Shown: piece after piece, positions 37,448 through 46,047 of the stretch | Layout: every line of letters begins with the position of its first letter | Numbering within the stretch: position 1 is the stretch's first letter | Virus record (IMG/VR): IMGVR_UViG_3300038679_000357 | Location: 128,001-192,000 of that record | DNA: 64,000 nucleotides | DNA from: a virus | Lineage: Duplodnaviria; Caudoviricetes | Strand: one strand, 5' to 3' | Position numbers and translations under genes: made by a program | Notes under the pieces: model-generated | Seen by the model: the letters and a program-made list of their open reading frames with translations, nothing else | The model's database searches: none | Told to the model about the DNA's origin: nothing

Positions 37448-38164
37448 TTATGCGCCGTACGACACTCGCAACGACACAGACACAGCGGCAGTTCCAGTGA
37501 AAGCATAAAGAGCTGAATCAGAATCCATCTCTATCGGCTCATTCAGTACGTAACTCAATGCCGTATTGCTGGTCTCAGCAATGATATCGTACCTTACTCC
37601 AATATCAGTGGCAAGGTCAGCATTGACGGTTGTGCCAGTCGCTGAATTAGCGGAAAAGCCCATATTGGCAGCCGCTGTACTATAAGCATGAGGCATTCCC
37701 GTCATCTCGTACACAAACCTCATGGCGGTTGGGGTAGATGCCACAATTCTCATTTTCCTAAGCACATACGACACTGTGAATGTCAAACTGGAATCAGCAA
37801 ACGCAGCCTCCAACGCAGCCTTAATAGCGGTTGGGAAAGTCGAATCAGAGTAAAACCCAGAAGGAATCGTACAGTGACGGGTTCCATATCCAGTGAGAAA
37901 GAACCAGAACTTATTGTTTCTGTTCTGAATGATATTAGCGCCAACAAGTTTCGAGATAGTAAAACTTCTTGCGGTAGATGATGAAAAATTAAGATCAACT
38001 TCTTTCACTTTCCATGACAATTCATCCATATGGATGGTTTTCGACAATGCCGTAGAAGTGATGTCGGCAAATGCCGATTCCGTCTTCGTTTGAGCCGAAG
38101 ACATAGCGGCATCGATCCTATTTGGCAAGCAGGATGGCTCGTTATGATATTTCTTAAATGGCAT
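37448..38164 (-). CDS. Putative minor virion protein (238 aa)
   Basis: Beta-rich, contains TIPSGFYSDSTFPTAIKAAL; GGAGA Shine-Dalgarno. Confidence 0.45.
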   Translation of the reverse strand: MPFKKYHNEPSCLPNRIDAAMSSAQTKTESAFADITSTALSKTIHMDELSWKVKEVDLNFSSSTARSFTISKLVGANIIQNRNNKFWFFLTGYGTRHCTIPSGFYSDSTFPTAIKAALEAAFADSSLTFTVSYVLRKMRIVASTPTAMRFVYEMTGMPHAYSTAAANMGFSANSATGTTVNADLATDIGVRYDIIAETSNTALSYVLNEPIEMDSDSALYAFTGTAAVSVSLRVSYGA

Positions 38165-38239
38165 AATAATCTCCAATTAAATTCAGGACTCGATATCCAT
38201 CAATCAATATTTCATAGATAGTGGTGTTAGCTCCTTTTC

Positions 38240-39661
38240 TCAAAGATCTTCTGGGAACCTGGACGCACCACTACCAACTCCAATATCCACCTGAACCTTA
38301 TCCAGTTCATTCATTTCATCCGGGCTAACATATATGTCCCGATTCATCAATCTTTTAGGAACCATATTGACTGACACTCGTTCAGCTTGCTCATAGTCCC
38401 ATTCATCACTATCGTCATAGTCATAATCGTCGCTATCATCACCCTCTCCAGCCCTTCTAACTCGTCCGTCAGAAGAGCGTTTACGACGAGCGCCTGGCTT
38501 ACGCTTTCTCCACATCGAAGCGTCTTCTGGACTATCAAAAATCTCATCATCTTGACTCTTTGTCAATGCAGCTATTTTTTTTGCCGCTGCCTCTCGAATA
38601 GCCTTCACCTTGTCTTCTGCGACGAATTCCAGTAAATTTGCAGAAAGAAGTTCAAACAAATCTGCTGAATCCTTTAATTTATCGGCTGACAATCCACCAA
38701 GATTAATCACATCTCCATGCTTAACGGAGATCTTCATGTCATTAATCACCAATTGCCCCTTGGCTTTATTGATGACGTAGGCAATAAATCCAGTTCGAAT
38801 ACGACCATTTGCCTCAGCCTTTACAGCTTCTTCTCTTGACATTGTAGAGGCAGAAGATGCAGCTTCATTTCTCTTTGCGGAAGAGGTATCAATAGCTGAA
38901 AGAAGTTCATAAAATCGTTCCTTCGTAAGAACAACTTCTATTCCAGAAGTTTTTTGTACAATCGGAGTAACTGGCAAGTCCGCAGCGGCTTGCGGTTTAA
39001 CTTCTTCTCCGAGTAACGACGGACCACGCTCCCCAAACAATGAAACCACTTCAGGCTGAGACGCCTCCTTATTTAATTCACCGCCAGACTCCTTACTTGG
39101 TTCCCCGGCGGACTCAGGGACTGGCTCTGCCTTAATATCGCTGACAGCGTCATTCTTTACTGATACATTGACATCTCCAGTTGATTGAGCGGTCAATGGA
39201 TTCGGGATACTTTCTGGCTCTTTATCTACACAATCCAAAATAATTGGTAACGATTCATTGGAAGAAGCTTGCGAGTCGTCTACAGAGATCTGCAAATCAT
39301 CCTGTAATACACTTTCCCCTCCAGTCAAATTAAACATCTCACCAATGTCAGATCCACATGCTGGAGTGGCGTCAATCCGTTCGACCGAAAGGAAAGGGGC
39401 ATCCGATTGATCAATATCTACAACAGACGAAGAGGCATCTTGAGTGACAACCGTTGAAGTAAACTCAGATTTATCAATAAAAGATGACGTAACAGTAGAT
39501 GGGGCTACGCCATTTGCCTTAGATGTAAATGCGCAAGCATCAACATACGCAACAACGTTACCATCTTCATCAACGGATGAAGAAATTATCTCCACGCAGA
39601 TAACACACCCCGGAAGACATACCGGAGCCATTTCTTTTTCGAAAACAACTTTTATTGCCAT
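38240..39661 (-). CDS. Acidic low-complexity protein carrying a small domain shared with the adjacent glycosyltransferase
   Basis: Likely start MAIKVVF; domain VINKAKGQLVINDMKISV...SADLFELLSANLLEFV. Confidence 0.55.
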   Translation of the reverse strand: MAIKVVFEKEMAPVCLPGCVICVEIISSSVDEDGNVVAYVDACAFTSKANGVAPSTVTSSFIDKSEFTSTVVTQDASSSVVDIDQSDAPFLSVERIDATPACGSDIGEMFNLTGGESVLQDDLQISVDDSQASSNESLPIILDCVDKEPESIPNPLTAQSTGDVNVSVKNDAVSDIKAEPVPESAGEPSKESGGELNKEASQPEVVSLFGERGPSLLGEEVKPQAAADLPVTPIVQKTSGIEVVLTKERFYELLSAIDTSSAKRNEAASSASTMSREEAVKAEANGRIRTGFIAYVINKAKGQLVINDMKISVKHGDVINLGGLSADKLKDSADLFELLSANLLEFVAEDKVKAIREAAAKKIAALTKSQDDEIFDSPEDASMWRKRKPGARRKRSSDGRVRRAGEGDDSDDYDYDDSDEWDYEQAERVSVNMVPKRLMNRDIYVSPDEMNELDKVQVDIGVGSGASRFPEDL

Positions 39662-39680
39662 GACACTACTCTCTCTTTTT

Positions 39681-41381
39681 TCAAGGCTGTATTTCCATAA
39701 GTCTTGATTTAACATTTTCGGCGCATCTCTCCCAATTAAACTCGTCAACTATCTTACGTCTGGCGTAAATTGCCATTTCGGCTGTTTTTTCTCGATTTTC
39801 ATACATCCAGCGCATCTTTTGCGCAATTTCATCTATCGCCCTGTCACTATAATCAACAAATTCCATTCCATGATAAAATGGGCTTATCCACTCTATGGAC
39901 TTATCAACAAGCTTCACTCGATCTGGGCGGACAAGAGTGGCAATATCGGCGTTCAAAAACATACGATGCCCTCCATGATCACTTGCCAACAATGGGACAC
40001 CAGACGCAATCGCTTCACACGCAGGAAGTCCAAACCCCTCTCCTCGACTTATCTGTAAACAGGCGGAAGCGCTATTATAGATTAACGGCATCATAAAGGT
40101 CGGAATAACGTCATCAACAAGAACGAGGTGGGGTTTATCTTTATTTTTCTCTCCTCGAACATAGTTGTTTATGTCTTCAAATATCTTAGCTGACATACTT
40201 TTTTGACCAACAAACCTCGAAACCATAACCATACTTACATCATCTCTGGACGTAAAAGCTCTCGAATAAGCCTTAATCATGACGTCCGGACCTTTACGCC
40301 AGTTCCAATTAAATACACTAAGAAAAACAAACCCCTTTGTTCCACCAGCAAAAAGCACGCTTCTATCACGTGGAGCGTAAGTTTCTGAGTCAACGCCAAG
40401 AGGCATTACACGCATACTTGACTTAACTCCAGAGGCAGCAAAAACCTGTCGATTCCATTCACAGGGAACCCAAATTTCATCAGCCCCAATCAACCTATGA
40501 ACAAGTGTGGGGTGGATTTTATTCTCAGTCTCCATCATAGTGTAAGCAATAACTCTGCCGCAATGTTTTCCAGGTACATTTGTGGCGTAAACTTTAGGAC
40601 TTTGAAGTGGAATCATATTTCTGGAAAGCGCCATCAATTTATCTTTAACTCCTTCCTCAACATCCATGAGGGTTGATATTAAAGATGGTTTCACACATAC
40701 GCCAAGGCGATCGAGATTAAAAACGTACTGACGATTCATATTTGCATATCCACCACCATCAAATATCGGACCTTCCCAGAACACACAAGGCTGCCCAGGA
40801 GATGCCAATATTGAGGAGGGATCAGCGAGAGCTTTATCCATTTCAACCCATTCACCATCAAAACATTGCTCAACTCTCACTAGACGAATTTGCTTATTAT
40901 GAAGTGATTTCTGCACTACCTCAGAAAAATAATCTTGAGCCGACAACACAGCTACTTCACGCTGTTTACCTAAAGTTAACCCAAGCCCCTCAATTGTTAT
41001 TGATGTATCGACAGCACGACCTATGACAAATCGTTTGTCTCCACCTTTTCTAATAGTCTTTGCTTGATCGACAGACGTTACAGGAGATTTTACCGGAGAT
41101 TTAGACTCTTCGTCATCATATTTGTATTTCACGCCTGATTTAGACCAAACGTCTGTTGATGGAACGACATGAAAACGATTCCCTGAAACTGCGGCGCAAT
41201 GTATGCCGCCCACGCTTTTTCCTACCACTTCTATTATTCCAGAGGCAATAAGAGATTTTAATTCAGTTGACTTACTGGCAATTCCATCATCAATATTGAT
41301 GGCTCCCTTAGATGCGGGTGGAACTCTGATTGAAATATCAGAAATCTCAATCCACATTCCCTTCTTATTGACAATCCTCAC
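39681..41381 (-). CDS. GT4 glycosyltransferase with duplicated N-terminal accessory domain
   Basis: FLSVFNWNWRKGPDVMIKAY; QISRGEGFGLPACEAIASGVPLLASDHGG. Confidence 0.85.
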   Translation of the reverse strand: MRIVNKKGMWIEISDISIRVPPASKGAINIDDGIASKSTELKSLIASGIIEVVGKSVGGIHCAAVSGNRFHVVPSTDVWSKSGVKYKYDDEESKSPVKSPVTSVDQAKTIRKGGDKRFVIGRAVDTSITIEGLGLTLGKQREVAVLSAQDYFSEVVQKSLHNKQIRLVRVEQCFDGEWVEMDKALADPSSILASPGQPCVFWEGPIFDGGGYANMNRQYVFNLDRLGVCVKPSLISTLMDVEEGVKDKLMALSRNMIPLQSPKVYATNVPGKHCGRVIAYTMMETENKIHPTLVHRLIGADEIWVPCEWNRQVFAASGVKSSMRVMPLGVDSETYAPRDRSVLFAGGTKGFVFLSVFNWNWRKGPDVMIKAYSRAFTSRDDVSMVMVSRFVGQKSMSAKIFEDINNYVRGEKNKDKPHLVLVDDVIPTFMMPLIYNSASACLQISRGEGFGLPACEAIASGVPLLASDHGGHRMFLNADIATLVRPDRVKLVDKSIEWISPFYHGMEFVDYSDRAIDEIAQKMRWMYENREKTAEMAIYARRKIVDEFNWERCAENVKSRLMEIQP

Positions 41382-42838
41382 GGGTTAACCTCTCGACATA
41401 TCTCTGATAACCTTGAATGAACACGTTCAACGCATAACCGCCAATCAAATTTTTCAACGAGACGATCCCTCAGCTTCACTCCTTTTTTCAATGCGTCAGA
41501 ATGATTTTCATATACTGTACGCATATGATGTCGAAGAGTGTCAATGGCGGTTCTTCCATACTCTGGAAACTGTTGATTTTCATAAAAATGAGAAATCCAT
41601 GACATATTCCGGAATGGAGGATCAGTTCTGCGACTGGTGAAATAGCCATCTGGCGGAACCATATAAGCCACCTCGGAATCAAGAAAATCTCGCTGACCGC
41701 CATGATCCGATGCTATCACTGGAATACCACACGCGCCTGCCTCCATGTACGGCAACCCCTGCCCCTCACCACGTGACGGTAATACGAAGCAATGACAGGA
41801 ACGATATAACTTAGGCATATCTACGTCGGCGGTATAGTCGTTATGCAGGGCTATATGAGGAAGTTCTCCATCGGTTTTATGAACAAGCGACCTAACGTGC
41901 TTAAAATCAGACAAAATTCTCTGCTTTTTACCAGCCTGCCCCTCAAACCTAGTAGACATAATCAGACTGACATCATCCTTTTTTGAAAACTCTTCAAGAA
42001 AGGCTTGGATCATGATATCAAATCCCTTTCGATAGCTCCAGCCAAACACGCTCAAAAACTTAAACGAGCCGCCTGGAAGAGAAATTTTTTCTCCTTCTGG
42101 ACAGAACGCATCAGTATCAACCCCAAGAGGAAGTACCTTTATTGGCGCAAGCACTCCAGACTCACGAAAGACCTCTTCGTTCCATGTGCAAGGAACCCAC
42201 AGTTCGTCAGCCATATTATAGCGATCAACCAACTCTGGATGTATCCTAATGGATGTTTCCATCATTGTGTAAAGTATCTTCCTTCCCGCATGTGCAATTA
42301 CATCGGGAATGGTCATTCCATAAACTCGTGGGTATTTATTCGACAATTTTATCGATGACAATGACCTGAGAAAATCTTCTGTCCGCTTATTTACATTGCA
42401 AATCGTTTCCATGGGAATAGTCTTAATCATATCTCCCATAGAATTAAGTCCCATAATATAGGTTCGATTCATTCTGGCGTATCCACCATAATCAAACATT
42501 GGACCACCCCAATAAGCGCAAACATCAAATGTTTCAGGCTCTGGATCGGGAAGTGTAGGCATCTCTGTTATGTCCTCCAATTGAAATCCCACAGAATGAA
42601 GATCTAAACCAGCACGGCAAACATCATCAGTCATCAATCCTGGAACTTGAGACATATGAGAGAAGGACACGTTCTGTATAGAAACATGGTCAGTAACGGC
42701 AAATCCATCCTCATCAAAGTCAATCGGAGCAATATTGCCAACGACTTGTTTTGATTCAGTAGTTTTTACCCTAGATGCACGCTCAAGCGCCGCTTCGTAG
42801 GCGCTACGTGCTTTTGTGTTCTTTTCATCTAGTTCCAT
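41378..42838 (-). CDS. GT4 glycosyltransferase (paralog of 39681..41381)
   Basis: FLSVFGWSYRKGFDIMIQAF; FVLPSRGEGQGLPYMEAGACGIPVIASDHGG; likely start MELDEK at 42838. Confidence 0.85.
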   Translation of the reverse strand: MELDEKNTKARSAYEAALERASRVKTTESKQVVGNIAPIDFDEDGFAVTDHVSIQNVSFSHMSQVPGLMTDDVCRAGLDLHSVGFQLEDITEMPTLPDPEPETFDVCAYWGGPMFDYGGYARMNRTYIMGLNSMGDMIKTIPMETICNVNKRTEDFLRSLSSIKLSNKYPRVYGMTIPDVIAHAGRKILYTMMETSIRIHPELVDRYNMADELWVPCTWNEEVFRESGVLAPIKVLPLGVDTDAFCPEGEKISLPGGSFKFLSVFGWSYRKGFDIMIQAFLEEFSKKDDVSLIMSTRFEGQAGKKQRILSDFKHVRSLVHKTDGELPHIALHNDYTADVDMPKLYRSCHCFVLPSRGEGQGLPYMEAGACGIPVIASDHGGQRDFLDSEVAYMVPPDGYFTSRRTDPPFRNMSWISHFYENQQFPEYGRTAIDTLRHHMRTVYENHSDALKKGVKLRDRLVEKFDWRLCVERVHSRLSEICREVNP

Positions 42839-42843
42839 GCGCA

Positions 42844-42855
42844 GATTATACAACG
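42844..42855 (-). promoter_or_regulatory. Promoter-like element CGTTGTATAATC, 6 nt between TATAAT and the ATG (leaderless)
   Basis: Third copy of the motif seen at 18765 and 31705. Confidence 0.5.
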
Positions 42856-42875
42856 ACAAAGGAATTGCGCACTAT

Positions 42876-43553
42876 TTAGTGGCGAAGAACGAAAGAAATG
42901 CCGGTATTGAAGCCTTCATATGGCTTTGACGGATCATAAATACGGAAAAAACTTGTTTTAGCTGCCATTTTCCCAGCCATCCCCTTTAACATTGGAATAA
43001 GATCATTACAGCACTGATATTTTACATATTTCATCTTATTCGACATACCAACCTCAGACATCGCGGCACCAGAAACCAAGATCAAACGAAGAAGATCATC
43101 AACCACGCTATGTTTTGCTCTCAAAAATCTCCAACCATCAACCCCTAATTTTTCCGAAAACACGTCCTGGTTTTCCAATACATAGTCCTTCCATCCATTT
43201 TCACACCGATGAAATTCCCCGTCAATCACCCAATATTTACCTGGAGTCAAAGCTTGAGGATTTTTAACAATCTTCGACTCTTCAACTAATTTCCTTGCGT
43301 CAACGACCTCAAGTTTATCCAATAAATAGCGGACTCCAGCCCATATGGTCGTAATATATTCCTTCGGCAAATCATCTAAGCGTCGATGATATGATAAAAG
43401 ATCAGACGCCAACTGTCCAACATCCCCCTTTGGACGTTCCGGTACAGGAATTGAATACCAATACGTCGCCAAGGCGTCCATCATCAGCTTTAAGTCGCCA
43501 GAATCTCGACAAATAAGTAAATCAGCGTACTTCACTTGACTTCCATCCGACAT
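42876..43553 (-). CDS. Hypothetical protein (225 aa)
   Basis: Packed ORF; no motif recognised. Confidence 0.6.
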   Translation of the reverse strand: MSDGSQVKYADLLICRDSGDLKLMMDALATYWYSIPVPERPKGDVGQLASDLLSYHRRLDDLPKEYITTIWAGVRYLLDKLEVVDARKLVEESKIVKNPQALTPGKYWVIDGEFHRCENGWKDYVLENQDVFSEKLGVDGWRFLRAKHSVVDDLLRLILVSGAAMSEVGMSNKMKYVKYQCCNDLIPMLKGMAGKMAAKTSFFRIYDPSKPYEGFNTGISFVLRH

Positions 43554-43822
43554 TCTAAGGTTTCTTCATCTATACGCAGATAATATTCACTGCCAGACGA
43601 CAAAAATCCTATGTAGCGGCTTTGAATAACTGGAGTACCCCCACCCATAGGGGCTGACATCGTTTTTGCTTGGAAATACCTTTCTTTTTTATTTGGGAGA
43701 GAATAAGTGCGACCGTCCACGTACATGGACAAACCAATAACGTCACTCTCAATATCACTCCATTTTTTCTCCCCCTCGCGAACAAAGCTACCATTCTTCA
43801 ACGATGCAATCCACATTCTCAT
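43532..43822 (-). CDS. Hypothetical protein (96 aa)
   Basis: Packed ORF overlapping both neighbours. Confidence 0.55.
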   Translation of the reverse strand: MRMWIASLKNGSFVREGEKKWSDIESDVIGLSMYVDGRTYSLPNKKERYFQAKTMSAPMGGGTPVIQSRYIGFLSSGSEYYLRIDEETLECRMEVK

Positions 43823-44352
43823 TTTTTCTCTCCAATAAAAACATCAAATATACTGTCGGAAACAACAACTTCCTGAATTTTTGTATCTTTTTTCTTTTTT
43901 CTACTCGAAGTAGACAGTATTTCTGGAGAAACCAATGGTAATGAGGCAGGCTCTGATTGAGTTTTTTCACATACCGGTTCATTATTTTCTTCTTCCTCAT
44001 CATCTTCTCGTCTGGAACGTCGATGAGATTGAATCGGAGTATGAACTGGTAGAGGCTCTTTGCATTTTTTCTCAGGCTTCGGTAGGCGAACAGCATCCTT
44101 TGAAAAGTAAGCGCTCAATTCTATCATATTATCCATTGGAACAAAACGAGCAAGCCGAGGTTGACAAGAACATGATGACAGACATGAATAAATTGTATAC
44201 TCCCCTTCATCCGACTGCAGCAAAACATAAACAACATCGCTTTTTACCGTAGATTCAGAGATAGCCGCTATCCTCCCGGCGGTAAATGGATCTGAGTTAC
44301 TAGCCCCTTTCTCGTAAAGGTAGTCTCCGATTTTACAATCAAGAATCTTCAT
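43819..44352 (-). CDS. Hypothetical protein (177 aa) with charged C-terminal tail
   Basis: Likely start MKILD at 44352 with GGAG Shine-Dalgarno, downstream of its own promoter. Confidence 0.55.
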   Translation of the reverse strand: MKILDCKIGDYLYEKGASNSDPFTAGRIAAISESTVKSDVVYVLLQSDEGEYTIYSCLSSCSCQPRLARFVPMDNMIELSAYFSKDAVRLPKPEKKCKEPLPVHTPIQSHRRSRREDDEEEENNEPVCEKTQSEPASLPLVSPEILSTSSRKKKKDTKIQEVVVSDSIFDVFIGEKK

Positions 44353-44378
44353 TTTCGTCTCCGCTCTGGAAATATCGG

Positions 44379-44406
44379 AATATATGCGCACAAGCAATTC
44401 GTACAA
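44379..44406 (-). promoter_or_regulatory. sigma70-like promoter TTGTAC-16-TATATT
   Basis: Immediately after the capsid terminator; same architecture as 20287 and 36374. Confidence 0.5.
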
Positions 44407-44419
44407 GCCAAACGAACAC

Positions 44420-44453
44420 AAAAACAAAGCCCCCGCAGATAACTGCGGGGGCT
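44420..44453 (-). terminator. Rho-independent terminator after the major capsid gene
   Basis: Perfect 11-bp stem AGCCCCCGCAG-TTAT-CTGCGGGGGCT followed by TTGTTTTT. Confidence 0.85.
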
Positions 44454-44493
44454 TCTCAGACCGGTAAACCGGTCTTAGAGGTTCAAAACCTCA

Positions 44494-45360
44494 TCACGAA
44501 CCGCTGGAAACGACGACCTTGGCGCAAGCGTAGCTGTTAACCACGACAAAGCCAACTTCTTCGTAAATAACCCAGCCGAGACGAATACGGGACGGGTCGT
44601 CTGCCGGAAGGACAGTGATGTCCTGACGGATAGGCATTGCACCGAGATACTCGGCAGGAGCCAAGACGAACACGGTGTCGGTCGCCATCCTGGAGCTGAC
44701 GTGAATGTCGGCGGTCCAGATGTGCCCGAACAGACCAGTCGTCAGAACCTGACGGGTGGTCGCTTCGTCGTAGACGGTCTTGCCCCAGTTCCTGATGTCG
44801 ATGTAGCGGAATGCATGGCAAACCACTTTACCAACGGTCAGGTCGTGCTGCTCGACCAATCCGAAAGCCTGATTAAGAGCGGTGATCGAAAGCGCACCAC
44901 CAGTGCTGAGCACGGTGTGGTCTGCATCGATAGCGGCATTGATGACGCTGAAGATTTCAGTGTCTTCAACCTTGGCAATTGCTTCTTTCGCCTTGATCTG
45001 AGCGCGGTCGACAATGAAGAACCTACGAGCCTTCACTTCGGACAAACGAACAGTCGGGTGAGTTGCAATTTCGAACGTCGGGACAAGGATTTCCTCGCCT
45101 TCTTCAACCAACTGGGGAACTCCACCGCGACGGGAGATCTTCCAGGCGTTAGCCCGGACATCTTTCTCGTAGCGAGCATAAGCGCCCTGCGGCAATTCAT
45201 CAACCATGAGGAGCTTACGTCCAACCGCCTGGTATTCCAGTGCGCGACGGATCGGCTCGACCATGGCTTGAGCAAGAGCAACACGTCCACCCTCGGATTC
45301 CAAGGACTGGGCGATCAGGATTTCACGCTCCTGATTGACGGACTTTTTATCCATTGACAT
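44494..45360 (-). CDS. Major capsid protein (HK97/encapsulin-like fold, 288 aa)
   Basis: ALAQAMVEPIRRALEYQAVGRKLLMVDELPQGA...EILVPTFEIA...GWVIYEEVGFVVVN; GC-richer codons, GGAAGG Shine-Dalgarno, strong terminator, position after protease and decoration genes. Confidence 0.85.
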   Translation of the reverse strand: MSMDKKSVNQEREILIAQSLESEGGRVALAQAMVEPIRRALEYQAVGRKLLMVDELPQGAYARYEKDVRANAWKISRRGGVPQLVEEGEEILVPTFEIATHPTVRLSEVKARRFFIVDRAQIKAKEAIAKVEDTEIFSVINAAIDADHTVLSTGGALSITALNQAFGLVEQHDLTVGKVVCHAFRYIDIRNWGKTVYDEATTRQVLTTGLFGHIWTADIHVSSRMATDTVFVLAPAEYLGAMPIRQDITVLPADDPSRIRLGWVIYEEVGFVVVNSYACAKVVVSSGS

Positions 45361-45376
45361 ATGTCACCTTCCTTGA

Positions 45377-45880
45377 TTATACGAGGAGTTTGAACTCGAT
45401 GTACTGGTTGTTGTTATCGCCACTGAGAGCCATGTCACCGTTGATATCGGTGCCAGGAACTCCGGACGGGTACAGACCGGCAGCACGGGTAAGAACTGCA
45501 ACGGCATCACCAGAGGAAGTAGCCTGAAGCTTTCCATTGGCAGAGCCGTAGAGCTTAACTCCAGTGAGGGCGGACTCAACGTCAGACTCGAACTGATCGG
45601 TAGCAAATTCGCCACCGCCAGAGTAGACGGTCATCTCGCCAGAAGCGCCAGTTTCGTTGTACATATCGGATGCGCGATTCTGCCATCCGGCGTCAACACC
45701 CGGCATGCCGGATGCGGACTGGGACTTTGTGTCGCCTGCCACGCCGAGAACAACTCCGCTACCATTGAAAGGAACAATTTCTCCGCTGTCATTCAATTTG
45801 ACAAGCTGTCCTTCAGTGATATTGGAACTGCCAATCGGGTGGGTGGCGGCCACGACAATATATTTTTCCACAAGTGCCAT
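45377..45880 (-). CDS. Capsid decoration / cement protein (167 aa)
   Basis: Directly upstream of the MCP; GQLVKLNDSG..VLGVAGD...GEMTVYSGGGEFATDQF...GVKLYGSANGKL beta-tulip-like pattern. Confidence 0.7.
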   Translation of the reverse strand: MALVEKYIVVAATHPIGSSNITEGQLVKLNDSGEIVPFNGSGVVLGVAGDTKSQSASGMPGVDAGWQNRASDMYNETGASGEMTVYSGGGEFATDQFESDVESALTGVKLYGSANGKLQATSSGDAVAVLTRAAGLYPSGVPGTDINGDMALSGDNNNQYIEFKLLV

Positions 45881-46047
45881 ATTAAGGACTCCCGTTTTCT
45901 TACCATCATCCTCACGATGAAGATGATTTGGAACATTGAATCAAATAACTTGCTACGATGATATAAACATCTATTTAGACATTCTGATTATCCCTATACC
46001 AAGCAACTATAGGGATTTCCTCTTTTTAAGAAGAAGATTTTTCACAA

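Noticed and set aside
44491-44496. Read-through or frameshift extension of the major capsid protein
   Set aside because: Double TGA stop, no slippery sequence, and a terminator follows directly.
15300-45945. TTGATT(CA) as a late promoter in leaders of the tape measure, 38164 and decoration genes
   Set aside because: Only 6-8 nt in AT-rich DNA with inconsistent distances to start codons; not distinguishable from chance by eye.
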